From: Gammaproteobacteria bacterium | GTDB taxonomy: Bacteria; Pseudomonadota; Gammaproteobacteria; Arenicellales; Poriferihabitantaceae | Reading direction: 5' to 3' | Length of the DNA: 64,000 nucleotides | Assembly (NCBI GenBank): GCA_026709505.1 | Contig: JAPOSW010000005.1 | Coordinates: forward strand, 3,214-67,213 | In this document: piece after piece, positions 30,526-41,244 of the stretch | How positions within the stretch are numbered: position 1 is the stretch's first letter | How the letters are laid out: each line of letters begins with the position of its first letter | Made by a program: the position numbers and the translations under genes | Notes under the pieces: model-generated | The model's database searches: none | Told to the model about the DNA's origin: nothing | The model's input: the letters and a program-made list of their open reading frames with translations, nothing else

Positions 30526-30639
30526 TTCAACTCTGCATCAGTTGCGTTTCAAGAATACGGATCAATCTTTTAGAAAAGTTCATGCTTCTCAAGTTTTTGC
30601 CCGGACTATGCCAAGAACCCTCGTTGCACTGCCATTGCA

Positions 30640-31731
30640 CTAGCTTTCCCCGACTACGTCAACCGCAAATCCATAGGCGTTCTCATGCGGTTTCGCCAGA
30701 TCAAGCTTTACCGAGGAAAAAAGACCGGATCCCATTTTGTTCTCAACATCATCAGGCAAATAAACTGAGGGTTCATAAACCCTTTTGCCTACAATCCGGC
30801 CGAATCTGTCAGTGAGAGTCAGTTGCAGCTTTGGATAAGGCTGTGGATGCTTGGCTTCATTGATTAGTTTAACCCGTATCCTGACAGCGCCCGGTTGACT
30901 CGGATGAAGTTCGATGCTGGTGTGCATGAGTTTCAGGTTTTCGATATCTTCGAACATGGGAAGTTCGCATGAGGTAACCGCGCAAAATGCCTCAAGGTAG
31001 GGACGATATTTTGTGGCCTGCGCGTATTTCGGCACCGCGAATGCTTCAATTTGCATCACCAGAATAGTCAGAAATGCAATGCATGCAACGCTCCATGCGA
31101 AGGTTGATATCGGATTTCTCCGATCTGCGATCAGGTTGGTAACCTGACTTGTCTGCCGCTGCATCCGATCGAGATCATGTGAACTTCCGGACAATGCGTC
31201 TTTGCGCCTCTTGGCCCGCTTTTTTCCAGCCTTGCCGGTGAATCGAGGGGGTACCGGGCTTTTGGAAGGTTCATCATGCGGTTTTTCATGGATATCCTGA
31301 GTAAAAGCAATCGGTTCTGCTAGGGCCGGATCTACCCGTTCCTCCATTTCAGTTTGCGTACTACCTGGAATTGCGATGGTCGGGCCCCTGAGATAGGGAG
31401 CCTTGCCCTTTTGCGCCTTCTTGCCCGGCCTTGATTCAGTTTTCAGATTCAGTGATTCACGATGATCCAGCCCATGGCTATTTTCTGCCAGGGGGGGGGC
31501 TGACCCGCGCTGGCCCCGGAGCGCAATCCCTGGCGAGGATGAGTCACCCGGGGATCGATCAGGAGAATGTATCCCAACATCCGGAACGAATTTATTTCCC
31601 ACGCGAATAACGCGATTGAGATGCGCGTCAAACATCTCGCCACAATTTCCGCAAATTACCTTGGAAAGGCTCTGGCGAAGAATGAATACGGATTCACAGA
31701 ATGGGCAACTACAGTAATTCTGATCATTCAT
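30640..31731 (-). CDS. Zinc-ribbon / DUF3426 domain protein
   Basis: The N-terminal MJ0042-type zinc ribbon (CPFCESVF...CGNCGEMF) is followed by a low-complexity basic/Pro-rich linker, one TM segment and a DUF3426-like C-terminus. It sits downstream of prmA, as in Pseudomonas. Confidence 0.7.
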   Translation of the reverse strand: MNDQNYCSCPFCESVFILRQSLSKVICGNCGEMFDAHLNRVIRVGNKFVPDVGIHSPDRSPGDSSSPGIALRGQRGSAPPLAENSHGLDHRESLNLKTESRPGKKAQKGKAPYLRGPTIAIPGSTQTEMEERVDPALAEPIAFTQDIHEKPHDEPSKSPVPPRFTGKAGKKRAKRRKDALSGSSHDLDRMQRQTSQVTNLIADRRNPISTFAWSVACIAFLTILVMQIEAFAVPKYAQATKYRPYLEAFCAVTSCELPMFEDIENLKLMHTSIELHPSQPGAVRIRVKLINEAKHPQPYPKLQLTLTDRFGRIVGKRVYEPSVYLPDDVENKMGSGLFSSVKLDLAKPHENAYGFAVDVVGES

Positions 31732-31779
31732 ATTCAGTAACAGGATTGCTCTTCAAGATGTTGATATTGCTACCGCTTT

Positions 31780-32712
31780 TCACAAAATACTGCCATCTCC
31801 GGATTCATTTTCTTGCCGGATTCCAATAAGTGCCACCCAATTTCCACGCTGAAAAACCGAAAATTCAAATTCATCCCGGTAAAGGTCTGCAACAGCTTGA
31901 CTCTGGCTGGCCAAAATTCCCGAGAGAATCAATGTACCCTGATCGGCCACCAAGTCTTTGAGTGTCCGTGAATGTTCGATGAGGGTCTTGGCAAGAATAT
32001 TTGCGACTACGACATTGTACTTTGTCGACCGAAACTCTTTCGCGTTCAGAAATTCTTCCAGCAGGCAGGCCTTGAATCGTTTTTCGACATTGTTTTGCAT
32101 GGCATTCTGATTCGCAACTGCTACCGCATTGGGATCAATATCCACGCCAATCGAGCAGTGCGCTCCCAAAATGCAGGACACAATACCCAAAATGCCCGTA
32201 CCGCACCCGAAATCGACCCCGCTTGCACCTTCAAGATCCTGATTGACCAATGCCTCAAGACAAAGATATGTTGTTTCATGAGTACCCGTGCCAAAAGCAA
32301 GTCCGGGGTCAATATGAACAGCATGCTGGTACTCCGAGCCCGGCTTATCCCAGGTTGGGCCTATCCATAAGCAGCCATTGATTGTGATGGGCCGAATGTG
32401 CTTTTTCCACTCCTCATCCCAGTTGCGGACACCCAACTCTCTGAAGCTTAATGAATCACTGAGTGGAAACCCTGCGAGTTCAGACTCCATTCTGCTGATG
32501 GATTCAGGATTCAGGACTGTCGGATCAAATAGAGCCGACAGCTTTACAATCTCCCAGGATGAACCGCAATGTTCCTCTTCAAGATGAATCTGCTGATCGG
32601 CGCCTTCGACTGTGATTGAACAGGCACCGGCCTCCATAAACAATGCCTCAATCCGGTTCGAATCGGGGTTATTCGCGAGTCGGGAAAATTCGAGGTATTC
32701 AGTCAACGTCAA
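31780..32712 (-). CDS. prmA: Ribosomal protein L11 methyltransferase
   Basis: The SAM-binding motif is [12 protein letters not shown], with PrmA-like flanks ([15 protein letters not shown]). The TTG start overlaps the accC 3' end. Confidence 0.9.
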   Translation of the reverse strand: MTLTEYLEFSRLANNPDSNRIEALFMEAGACSITVEGADQQIHLEEEHCGSSWEIVKLSALFDPTVLNPESISRMESELAGFPLSDSLSFRELGVRNWDEEWKKHIRPITINGCLWIGPTWDKPGSEYQHAVHIDPGLAFGTGTHETTYLCLEALVNQDLEGASGVDFGCGTGILGIVSCILGAHCSIGVDIDPNAVAVANQNAMQNNVEKRFKACLLEEFLNAKEFRSTKYNVVVANILAKTLIEHSRTLKDLVADQGTLILSGILASQSQAVADLYRDEFEFSVFQRGNWVALIGIRQENESGDGSIL

Positions 32713-34051
32713 GCTGGTTCTTGATAAAGTGAATATCGCATCCTCCTTGCTGGAACTCGCGGTTGCCGAGTATGGACTGATGCATTGGAATATTGGTCTT
32801 GATGCCCTCCACCTGCATTTCCTGCAACGCGCCTGACATTCTGGCCATTGCCTCTTTCCGGTCTCTGCCGTGAGTAATAACCTTGCCGATCAGGGAATCA
32901 TAAAACGGGGGCACATTGTAGTTTGTATAGGCATGTGAATCCACCCTTACACCGGGACCTCCAGGGATATGTATACGAGTGATTTGACCTGGCGACGGGA
33001 GAAATGTCTCGGGATCTTCAGCATTGATCCTGCATTCAACGGCATGTCCGGTAAAGCTCACGTCCTGCTGGCTAAAACCAAGCTCGTTCCCGTCTGCAAC
33101 CAGGATTTGCTCCTGCACAAGGTCAATACCGGTAACTAGTTCGGTCACCGGATGTTCAACCTGGATTCGGGTATTCATTTCAATAAAGTAGAATTGTCCA
33201 TCCTGAAATAGGAACTCAAGGGTTCCCACCCCCTTGTAGTGCATCTGTTTACAGGTATTCACGCACATCTCGCCGATTTCCGACCGCTGTTGATCGGTTA
33301 TCCCGGGTGCCGGTGATTCTTCAATGACTTTCTGGTATCGCCTCTGGATCGAGCAGTCGCGATCTCCGAGATGCAGGACGTTTCCGTGCTGGTCTGCCAG
33401 TATCTGGATTTCAATGTGTCGCGGAGATTCCAGATAGCGTTCCATGTACAGCGAATCATTGCCAAAAGCGGCGAGCGCTTCGTTTGAAGTCAGTTTTACT
33501 GCTTCAAGTAAATCCTGCTCCCGCAGCACCTGGCACATACCCTTGCCTCCTCCTCCTCCGCTGGCTTTCAGCAACAGTGGGTAGCCAATCCCATTGGCAA
33601 GCGCAACCAGTTCATCATGATTTTGGGGGATCGTTCCGTTGGATCCGGGGATGCACGGCATGCCCATGCTCTGCATGCATGCGATCGCAGTAATCTTGTC
33701 GCCCATGGTGCGAATGGTTTCGGGACCGGGGCCCACAAAAATGAAGTTGCTTTGTTCAACCTGCTCGGCAAAATCAGCGTTTTCAGACAGAAAGCCATAG
33801 CCCGGATGGATCGCATTTGCATCCGTAACCTCTGCCGCAGCAATGACGGATGCCATATTGAGATAGCTATCGCGAGCCGATGGAGGCCCGATGCAAACTG
33901 ACTCATCAGCCAGACGCACATACTTGGCATCATGATCTGCCTCGGAATGGAGTGCAACGGTCAGAATGCCCAGTTGCCGGCAAGCCCTCAGAATTCGAAG
34001 CGCAATTTCGCCCCGATTGGCGATTACCAGCTTACGAATCCGGCGATTCAT
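32699..34051 (-). CDS. accC: Acetyl-CoA carboxylase biotin carboxylase subunit
   Basis: The N-terminus [18 protein letters not shown], an ATP-grasp core and the stretch [14 protein letters not shown] support the call. Confidence 0.95.
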   Translation of the reverse strand: MNRRIRKLVIANRGEIALRILRACRQLGILTVALHSEADHDAKYVRLADESVCIGPPSARDSYLNMASVIAAAEVTDANAIHPGYGFLSENADFAEQVEQSNFIFVGPGPETIRTMGDKITAIACMQSMGMPCIPGSNGTIPQNHDELVALANGIGYPLLLKASGGGGGKGMCQVLREQDLLEAVKLTSNEALAAFGNDSLYMERYLESPRHIEIQILADQHGNVLHLGDRDCSIQRRYQKVIEESPAPGITDQQRSEIGEMCVNTCKQMHYKGVGTLEFLFQDGQFYFIEMNTRIQVEHPVTELVTGIDLVQEQILVADGNELGFSQQDVSFTGHAVECRINAEDPETFLPSPGQITRIHIPGGPGVRVDSHAYTNYNVPPFYDSLIGKVITHGRDRKEAMARMSGALQEMQVEGIKTNIPMHQSILGNREFQQGGCDIHFIKNQLDVD

Positions 34052-34071
34052 GGTCGGACCGCTTGAAATGA

Positions 34072-34515
34072 CTAACTGGGATCAATGATGAAAAGCGGTT
34101 CGCCGTACTCCACCGGATCGCCAGAAGACTTAAGCACGGCAACAACGGTACCCGATATCTCACTTTTCACCTGGTTAAACGTTTTCATTGCTTCCAGTAT
34201 GCAGAGCGTATCATTCGGATTAACCGTCGAGCCAATCTGGACAAAAGGCTGGGCATCCGGCTCTGATGAAGCAAAGAATGTGCCCACCATCGGCGATGTC
34301 ACTGCAAAACCACCCTTATGATCTTCACTGTGTACTAGTTCTGTACTAACCGGTTGTGGAACAATGGCCTGGCCTTGAGCGGGAGCGGCCACCATGTGAC
34401 TGGCATCGCTTGCCCGACTTAGCCGTATCGTATCATCGCCTTCCTTGATCTCCAGTTCACTCAGCCTTGATTTTTCCAGCAAATCGATGAGTTTCTTGAT
34501 TTTCCTCAAATCCAT
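34072..34515 (-). CDS. accB: Acetyl-CoA carboxylase biotin carboxyl carrier protein
   Basis: The C-terminal biotinyl domain carries [20 protein letters not shown], with an Ala/Pro-rich linker upstream. Confidence 0.9.
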   Translation of the reverse strand: MDLRKIKKLIDLLEKSRLSELEIKEGDDTIRLSRASDASHMVAAPAQGQAIVPQPVSTELVHSEDHKGGFAVTSPMVGTFFASSEPDAQPFVQIGSTVNPNDTLCILEAMKTFNQVKSEISGTVVAVLKSSGDPVEYGEPLFIIDPS

Positions 34516-34517
34516 GA

Positions 34518-34991
34518 TTACTGGTCTTCAAATATGTTTGCCAGATTATCGGGGTCTGCAGTTCCAACAATGGCGTAGTGCAAGGCAAACATATATCCAA
34601 GAAACCCCATGCCCACGATCGTTGCATCCGCAATGTCCGAAAGATAGGATTTGTGCCGAAATTCTTCCCGTGCAAAAATATTTGTCATATGCACTTCTAT
34701 AAAATGCATGTCAGTCGCTAAAAATGCATCACGCAATGCGATGCTGGTATGCGTGTATGCCCCCGGATTGATAATGACGGACTCAATCTCATCATCATCT
34801 GCCTGATGAATCCAGTCCACCAATTGACTTTCAGAATTGCTTTGCCTGCATTCAAGAGCCGTTTTAAGCTTTTCTGCTTCCGTTAGCAAAATATCTTCAA
34901 GTTCATCCAGCGTGATATCGCCATAGAGCTCCGGTTCCCGACGGCCTAGCAGGTTCAGGTTCGGGCCGTTCAAGACGAGAAATTTACGCAT
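34518..34991 (-). CDS. aroQ: Type II 3-dehydroquinate dehydratase
   Basis: LVLNGPNLNLLGRREPELYG, INPGAYTHTSIALRDA and IEVHMTNI motifs. Confidence 0.95.
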   Translation of the reverse strand: MRKFLVLNGPNLNLLGRREPELYGDITLDELEDILLTEAEKLKTALECRQSNSESQLVDWIHQADDDEIESVIINPGAYTHTSIALRDAFLATDMHFIEVHMTNIFAREEFRHKSYLSDIADATIVGMGFLGYMFALHYAIVGTADPDNLANIFEDQ

Positions 34992-35166
34992 GATTGATCC
35001 CCGGTAATAATCCGTGAATTATCGCAAATTCATGCTGAAAAATCCATATGATCAACCGATCCATTTCTTCAATCGTAACGTTAACATGCAGTGATTGAAA
35101 TCGATTCAGCAACAATCATGCACCGATCATGCATTTGCTGATAATGCGCAAATTCGTTGATCTGCA

Positions 35167-35640
35167 CTAGACGGGCAAAGCGGTTGTGTATTTCATTTGC
35201 TCCATGGCAAAAGTTGAAGTCACATCGGTCAAGTCGATCCTGCTGATTATCTTCTTGTAGAGATGATCAAACTCGGCAATGCTGGGAACAACGGCTCTCA
35301 ATAGGTAATCCACTTCGCCGCTCATCCGATACACTTCCATGATTTCGGGTATGTCCGACATTTCAAATGCAAACTTCTCGGTCCAGGCCATATTGTGCTG
35401 GCCCGTCTTGATTGCTATGAATACAGTGACGGCAGCACCAATCATGTGTTGATCCAATAACGCGACATTGGCACGTATCACCCCGCTATCAGTGAGGCTC
35501 CGGACTCGTTTCCAGCAAGGCGTCGTCGATAAATTCACTCGCTCGGAAAGTTCCTTAATCGACATGCTTGAATCCCGCTGCAAATAATACAATATTTTTC
35601 TATTTGCTTCATCAAGATAAAATTTCTCTACATTTTTCAT
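35167..35640 (-). CDS. Lrp/AsnC family transcriptional regulator
   Basis: An N-terminal HTH (LDEANRKILYYLQRDSSMSIKELSERVNLSTTPCWKRV) precedes a RAM/AsnC C-terminal domain. Confidence 0.85.
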   Translation of the reverse strand: MKNVEKFYLDEANRKILYYLQRDSSMSIKELSERVNLSTTPCWKRVRSLTDSGVIRANVALLDQHMIGAAVTVFIAIKTGQHNMAWTEKFAFEMSDIPEIMEVYRMSGEVDYLLRAVVPSIAEFDHLYKKIISRIDLTDVTSTFAMEQMKYTTALPV

Positions 35641-35775
35641 GATATAAATAAAATTTTCTACAAAAAGACAATTTTAACACGCAATAAATAATTATTTTCC
35701 TTTTATATGTTGCATTGCGTCATATAGACACCATAGACTGTGCATTGATTATCAGACAACCCGCTTGTACAAAAA
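35641..35775. promoter_or_regulatory. AT-rich divergent control region between the Lrp-family gene and cysI, with inverted and phased direct repeats
   Basis: An inverted repeat TATATG-N11-CATATA lies at 35704-35726. TGCATTG occurs twice, 30 bp apart (35711-35717 and 35741-35747). ATAGAC occurs twice (35724-35729 and 35733-35738). The region is very AT-rich relative to its flanks. Confidence 0.4.
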
Positions 35776-37458
35776 ATGTATCAACCCGATTCTCCTGAAA
35801 AAGAGTTCTATCAGTCGCGAGCAGACCAGTTTGCAAATCAGGTCACGCGTTATCTTGACGGCATTCTTGATGCGGATGTATTCCAGCAACTGCGCCTGCG
35901 CAATGGCTTGTATGTCGAAAGATATTCACCAATGATCCGGGTCGCGATCCCGTATGGCCAAATGAGTTCCGCTCAGCTGCGTGCTCTGGCCGATATCGCA
36001 GACCGCTATGACCGGGGCTACGGACACTTCACAACCCGACAGAACATACAGTTCAATTGGGTCACCATAGAAGATTCCCCCGATCTTCTTCGGGACCTGG
36101 CAGAGGTTGGCATGCATGCCATCCAGACAAGTGGCAGCTGTGTACGCAACATTACGACCGATCACCTGGCCGGGTTATCTCCCGACGAAATGGTTGATCC
36201 GCGTCCCTGGTGCGAGCTGATTCGACAATGGTCAACCCTGCATCCGGAATTCTACTGGCTGCCGAGAAAATTCAAGATTGCCGTATCGGGCGCCATTGAA
36301 GATCGGGCGGCTGTCCGTTTTCATGACATTGGAATAGATCTCTATCGAGGCCCATCAAATCAGACTCTGGCCCGGATTCTGGTAGGGGGCGGCATGGGAC
36401 GAACTCCGGTTGTCGGAAAAGTGCTAAAAGAGTCTCAACCTGCCGAAAACCTGCTCGCCTGGCTGCAAGCGATCATCCATGTCTACAACAAGCATGGACG
36501 GCGAGATAACAAGTACAAGGCAAGAATCAAGATTCTGGTCAACAACCGCGGCATTGACCGCTTCCGTGAGGAGGTTGAAAGCGTCTATGAGAAGTACTCT
36601 GAGCTGCAAGGCGAATGGGATGAAAGGCGCTTCATTGACATTGAAAACAGCTTTGCAAGACCGGAGCTCGGCGATCATGCGATTCCGGACAACATTATTC
36701 CGGTTCACAGTGACGGTTTCCTGAAATGGATTCAAGTCAATACCGAAGCCCACACAGACCCGGACCGAGCCATTGTTCAGTTGCCGCTCAAATCCAAAGG
36801 GGCGGCACCCGGTGACATGGATTCAGAAAGCATGCGGAATCTAGCGGATATTGCAGATTATTACAGCGGTGGCGAGATACGCGTTACGCATCGTCAAAAC
36901 CTTGTGCTGCCCTGGGTTCAGAAGAAGCGCTTGCATGCCGTTTGGCATCACCTTAATGAAATTCGTCTGGCAACCCCAAATCTTGGAATGCTCACCGATT
37001 CTATCGTTTGTCCCGGGCTTGATTACTGCTCACTTGCCAATGCTTCGACCATTCCAGTAATCAAGGAGCTGGGGGATGCAATCGATGACCTGGACCGCAT
37101 TCACGATATCGGCAAAATCAGTCTGAAAATGTCCGGTTGCATGAATGCATGCGGCCATCATCATGCCGCTGACATCGGAATTTTGGGCGTCGACAAGAAA
37201 GGCAAGGAGTGGTACCAGATCACCCTGGGCGGCAATGCCGGCAAGAGAGCGCGCATTGGGGAGAGAGTGGGTCCGGCAATTTCTCGTCAGCAGATTGTAG
37301 CGGCCATCCTGAATATCCTAGATACCTATCTGGACATTCGAGAATCGGGAGAATCATTCGGTGAATGTGTTCGAAGAACCGGATTGAAGCCTTACCAGGA
37401 AAACCTTTATGCAGATCATAAAAAATCGCGAAATCACACGGACAGCGTGGCTGCCTGA
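35776..37458 (+). CDS. cysI: Assimilatory sulfite (nitrite/sulfite) reductase hemoprotein, ferredoxin/NADPH type
   Basis: The NIR_SIR repeats include the siroheme/4Fe-4S cysteine cluster (SGCMNACGHHHAADIGILG and TSGSCVRN). It is followed by a DUF934 partner, as in the Pseudomonas cysI locus. Confidence 0.8.
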   Translation: MYQPDSPEKEFYQSRADQFANQVTRYLDGILDADVFQQLRLRNGLYVERYSPMIRVAIPYGQMSSAQLRALADIADRYDRGYGHFTTRQNIQFNWVTIEDSPDLLRDLAEVGMHAIQTSGSCVRNITTDHLAGLSPDEMVDPRPWCELIRQWSTLHPEFYWLPRKFKIAVSGAIEDRAAVRFHDIGIDLYRGPSNQTLARILVGGGMGRTPVVGKVLKESQPAENLLAWLQAIIHVYNKHGRRDNKYKARIKILVNNRGIDRFREEVESVYEKYSELQGEWDERRFIDIENSFARPELGDHAIPDNIIPVHSDGFLKWIQVNTEAHTDPDRAIVQLPLKSKGAAPGDMDSESMRNLADIADYYSGGEIRVTHRQNLVLPWVQKKRLHAVWHHLNEIRLATPNLGMLTDSIVCPGLDYCSLANASTIPVIKELGDAIDDLDRIHDIGKISLKMSGCMNACGHHHAADIGILGVDKKGKEWYQITLGGNAGKRARIGERVGPAISRQQIVAAILNILDTYLDIRESGESFGECVRRTGLKPYQENLYADHKKSRNHTDSVAA

Positions 37459-37879
37459 TCGATCGACTCAGCAAGCCAATTCAAGCCAGCGGATTTTGCC
37501 GCTAGACTCCTGGCTGGAACAACTGGACTTTTTTCGCACCGGCGAACGGTCTGAGCCATTGCCCGGGGTAATGCTTCAACCAGATGCAAATCCTGAGCTT
37601 TTGAAGGAATGGCTGACCAAAATCCCAGTAATAGCCATCAATGTTGAGAATTTCGCTGATGGGAGGGTGTATTCGCTGGCATTTGAACTTCGTCAGTTCT
37701 ACGGCTATGCCGCAGAGATTCGCGCGATTGGGGCCATCTACGATAATCTCTCCATGTTGGAGCAATGCGGTTTCGACGCTTTTGTGCTTCAGGGAGGACT
37801 CTCTGCGGAAGAGGCCATCGGTTATTTCAATGAAATTGAATTCGACTATTCGTTGTGGAAACCGGATTCGCCTGACTGA
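37409..37879 (+). CDS. DUF934 protein (sulfite-reductase-associated)
   Basis: The C-terminal stretch GRVYSLAFELRQFYGYAAEIRAIGAIYDNLSMLEQCGFDAFVL matches the DUF934 pattern. The longest ORF overlaps the cysI 3' end by 50 nt, so the true start is uncertain. Confidence 0.75.
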   Translation: MQIIKNREITRTAWLPDRSTQQANSSQRILPLDSWLEQLDFFRTGERSEPLPGVMLQPDANPELLKEWLTKIPVIAINVENFADGRVYSLAFELRQFYGYAAEIRAIGAIYDNLSMLEQCGFDAFVLQGGLSAEEAIGYFNEIEFDYSLWKPDSPD

Positions 37880-38378
37880 CTTATCCTTCAAGTCCTCCAA
37901 TAGGAACTGGGATTATTTTGACCGCTCTTTATGCCGAATTTGCACAAGAGGCCGCCTTACGAGTTTGGGATTGCAGGATGTTATCCCAGTGAAAAACGAC
38001 CCATTCGCCATCCATTTTCTTACATGGATATCGTACTCAATCGCTATCGGAATGACGACCTTTACAAGGACAGATTGAAGACAAGGGCAGCGTTCTGGCT
38101 GGAATTTGCCACTCATAATGCAGTCATCGCGGCACAGTACCGATAAGCTTCTGTTCGGCCGGCACCCATTTTGCAGAAGCATTATTCTCGATTGAACTGC
38201 TCCATGGAGTGGAAAATACAGTCTCAGAGAAATAAAAATCTTCCTGAGACTGAATAACGCCATACAATGTCAAATTAGGTCAAGTCGTTACTTCCTCGCC
38301 TTCAATCTACGCCTCGTAAAATCCTGCGCCATGACCATGAATGCGGAGAGAAAAACCACGGCTCACCGCAGTCACAGG

Positions 38379-38660
38379 CTATTTCCATTTGGAGGTTGAG
38401 GAAGCCTCCGTGATGGTTAGGATGCGTTCCACAATTTGCTTGAATTGATGCTGATGGATGGGCAGCCCGTTACAGAGCCAGTCAATCAACAAGGAATCTT
38501 CCACTTCCAGAAATTCAGCGAAGACCTGGCGTTCGACGGAATCGAGATTTTTATAATCCCGTTCAAAAAAACCAGTCAGAATGCAGTCAAGTTCCCGTGT
38601 GCCGCGTCGGCATCGATAGAGAAGCCTTCTCTCCGTCTGATCAGCACGAGCTGTGCCCAA
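38379..38660 (-). CDS. sdhE: FAD assembly factor SdhE (DUF339/YgfY)
   Basis: The motif RLLYRCRRGTRELDCILTGFFE...LLIDWL is typical of SdhE. I propose the TTG start at 38660, 2 nt after the sdhB stop and preceded by AGGAAA, giving about 93 aa. The track ORF from 38762 would overlap sdhB by 100 nt. Confidence 0.8.
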   Translation of the reverse strand: MGTARADQTERRLLYRCRRGTRELDCILTGFFERDYKNLDSVERQVFAEFLEVEDSLLIDWLCNGLPIHQHQFKQIVERILTITEASSTSKWK

Positions 38661-38662
38661 GG

Positions 38663-39436
38663 TTATTTCCTTTCCTGTATCGCCTGCTTGATATGGGCTA
38701 TTGATTTTGCTGGGTTGAGGCCTTTGGGACAGGTTCGGGTGCAGTTCATGATGGTATGACAACGATAAAGCTTGAAGGCATCATCAAGTTGATCGAGACG
38801 ATCTCCCGTAAAATCATCGCGACTGTCTGCAATCCATCGATAGGCCTGAAGCAATGCTGCTGGGCCAAGGTAGCGGTCCCCGTTCCACCAGTAACTCGGA
38901 CAACTTGTCGAGCAGCACGCACACAGGATGCATTCATACAAGCCATCAAGCTTGCTCCGCTCTTCTTCTGACTGCAAGCGCTCCCGATCCGGCGAGGGAC
39001 TGTCTGATTGGAGCCAGGGCTTGATAGATGTGTATTGTGCATAGAAATTCGAAAGATCTACCACCAAATCCTTGACCACGGACATGTGTGGCAAAGGATA
39101 TACCTTGATATCGCCCTTTGTTTCCACTGCCGAGGTAATACATGCCAGCGAATTTGTGCCATTGATATTCATAGAACAGGATCCGCAGATGCCTTCCCGG
39201 CACGAACGACGAAAAGTAAGGGTGCTGTCAATGGAATTCTTGATGTGAATCAGAATATCCAGCACCATCGGTCCGCATGCCCGGGTATCGACATCATAGC
39301 GGTCCATTCGCGGGTTATCCCCGGTATCGGGATCCCAGCGATAGATATAGATCGATTTTAGATCCTCTGATGTTGAGTCAGTGAAGTGACCGCCTTGCTT
39401 GATGCGTGAATTTTTGGGTAGTCTGAACTCGGCCAT
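38663..39436 (-). CDS. sdhB: Succinate dehydrogenase iron-sulfur subunit
   Basis: The three Fe-S cysteine clusters are [25 protein letters not shown] and [15 protein letters not shown]. Confidence 0.95.
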   Translation of the reverse strand: MAEFRLPKNSRIKQGGHFTDSTSEDLKSIYIYRWDPDTGDNPRMDRYDVDTRACGPMVLDILIHIKNSIDSTLTFRRSCREGICGSCSMNINGTNSLACITSAVETKGDIKVYPLPHMSVVKDLVVDLSNFYAQYTSIKPWLQSDSPSPDRERLQSEEERSKLDGLYECILCACCSTSCPSYWWNGDRYLGPAALLQAYRWIADSRDDFTGDRLDQLDDAFKLYRCHTIMNCTRTCPKGLNPAKSIAHIKQAIQERK

Positions 39437-41226
39437 CAGTAAACTCGCTCCTTTGGCTTGATGTATTCAATTTCGCTGGTCAAGGTGTAGTCATGCACGG
39501 GCCGGTAATCGATAACTGGCTCGTCTTCAATATTTTCCTGCCAGATCAAGGTATGCTTCATCCACTTTTGATCGTCCCGTTCAGGGTAATCTTCGCGCGC
39601 ATGAGCACCACGGCTTTCTTTTCGGTTCAGTGCTGATTCGATGGTTACTCGCGCCTGCCGCAGCAAATTATCAAGCTCTATGGTTTCAACCAGATCCGTG
39701 TTCCAGACCATCGAGCGGTCGGTTATGCGAACATCACTGAACTGCTGGCATACTTCCCTGAGTTTATCGACTCCTTCCTGAATCAATTCCTCAGTTCTGA
39801 ATACCGCGCAATTGGTTTGCATGACTTTTTGCATTTGCAGGCGAAGCTCTGCTGTAGGGCTGCTCCCAGAGGCATACCGCAATGCGTCAAAACGATCAAT
39901 AATCGATTCTCCGGCTCGCCGATCAAGTTTTATTGTGCCTTGCTTGCCCTTGAGGATTTCCTTGGCCCGATGAGCGGCGGCCCTGCCGAATACCACGATA
40001 TCGAGCAATGAGTTGGAACCCAGGCGATTTGCGCCATGTACAGAAACACAGGCCGCCTCGCCAATGGCCATTAATCCGGGAACCACATGCTCTGGGTCGC
40101 CATCTTTCAAGGTAACAACCTCGCCATGGATATTGGTTTGGATGCCGCCCATGTTGTAATGGACTGTCGGAATTACCGGAATGGGTTCTTTTGTCACATC
40201 AACCCCGGCAAAGATTTTTGCCGATTCGGATATGCCCGGCAGCCTTTCTGCCAGAACCTGGGGTCCCAAGTGCTCGAGATGGAGAAAAATATGATCACTC
40301 TCTTCACCAACGCCAAGACCGTTCTGGATCTCCATGGTCATTGAGCGGCTGACCACATCACGGGATGCGAGATCCTTCGCATTGGGCGCATAGCGTTCCA
40401 TAAAACGCTCGCCTTTGGAATTGGTCAGGTAACCGCCCTCGCCTCTTGCGCCCTCTGTAATCAGGCATCCAGATCCATAAATGCCGGTCGGATGAAACTG
40501 CACAAACTCCATATCCTGCAGAGGCAGACCTGCACGGAGTACCATGCCTCCGCCATCACCAGTGCAGCTGTGTGCAGAGGTGGCTGAGAAATAGGTTCGG
40601 CCGTAACCGCCAGTTGCAAGGACGACAATTCTCGAAGCAAAGCGGTGGAGTTTTCCAGTGTCCAGATCCCATGCCAGAACCCCTCGACACTCGCCATCTT
40701 CCATGATTAGGTCGAGAGCAAAATACTCGACAAAAAACTCGGCCTTGTGACGAAGAGACTGCTGGTAGAGGGTATGCAGGATCGCATGGCCAGTCCGGTC
40801 TGCCGCAGCGCAGGTTCTTTGCGCCTGCCCTTCCCCGTAATGAGTAGTCATCCCGCCAAAAGCCCGCTGGTAGATCTTGCCTTCCGGGGTTCTTGAAAAA
40901 GGCACTCCATAATGCTCCAGCTCAATGACCGCATCGGGCGCCTCCTTGCACATGTATTCGATTGCGTCCTGATCGCCCAGCCAGTCAGACCCCTTTACGG
41001 TGTCGTACATGTGCCAGCGCCAGTCATCTTCCCCCATGTTTCCAAGCGCCGCGCTCATCCCGCCCTGTGCAGCCACTGTATGGCTTCTGGTTGGAAAGAG
41101 CTTGGTTATGCAGGCGGTGCTCAGTCCCTCGACAGCCATGCCGAAAGTCGCTCTCAGGCCAGCACCTCCAGCGCCAACGACCACGACATCATAGTAGTGC
41201 TCAACGATCTCGTAATTCTTGCTCAT
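39436..41226 (-). CDS. sdhA: Succinate dehydrogenase flavoprotein subunit
   Basis: [24 protein letters not shown] (site of covalent FAD His) and FHPTG motifs; 596 aa. Confidence 0.95.
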   Translation of the reverse strand: MSKNYEIVEHYYDVVVVGAGGAGLRATFGMAVEGLSTACITKLFPTRSHTVAAQGGMSAALGNMGEDDWRWHMYDTVKGSDWLGDQDAIEYMCKEAPDAVIELEHYGVPFSRTPEGKIYQRAFGGMTTHYGEGQAQRTCAAADRTGHAILHTLYQQSLRHKAEFFVEYFALDLIMEDGECRGVLAWDLDTGKLHRFASRIVVLATGGYGRTYFSATSAHSCTGDGGGMVLRAGLPLQDMEFVQFHPTGIYGSGCLITEGARGEGGYLTNSKGERFMERYAPNAKDLASRDVVSRSMTMEIQNGLGVGEESDHIFLHLEHLGPQVLAERLPGISESAKIFAGVDVTKEPIPVIPTVHYNMGGIQTNIHGEVVTLKDGDPEHVVPGLMAIGEAACVSVHGANRLGSNSLLDIVVFGRAAAHRAKEILKGKQGTIKLDRRAGESIIDRFDALRYASGSSPTAELRLQMQKVMQTNCAVFRTEELIQEGVDKLREVCQQFSDVRITDRSMVWNTDLVETIELDNLLRQARVTIESALNRKESRGAHAREDYPERDDQKWMKHTLIWQENIEDEPVIDYRPVHDYTLTSEIEYIKPKERVY

Positions 41227-41244
41227 GATGTAAATTCAGTGAAC

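Noticed and set aside
38661-38762. Long form of sdhE overlapping sdhB by 100 nt
   Set aside because: SdhE proteins are about 85-95 aa. A TTG with a good SD sits 2 nt after the sdhB stop, and the extra 34 residues have no SdhE-like character.
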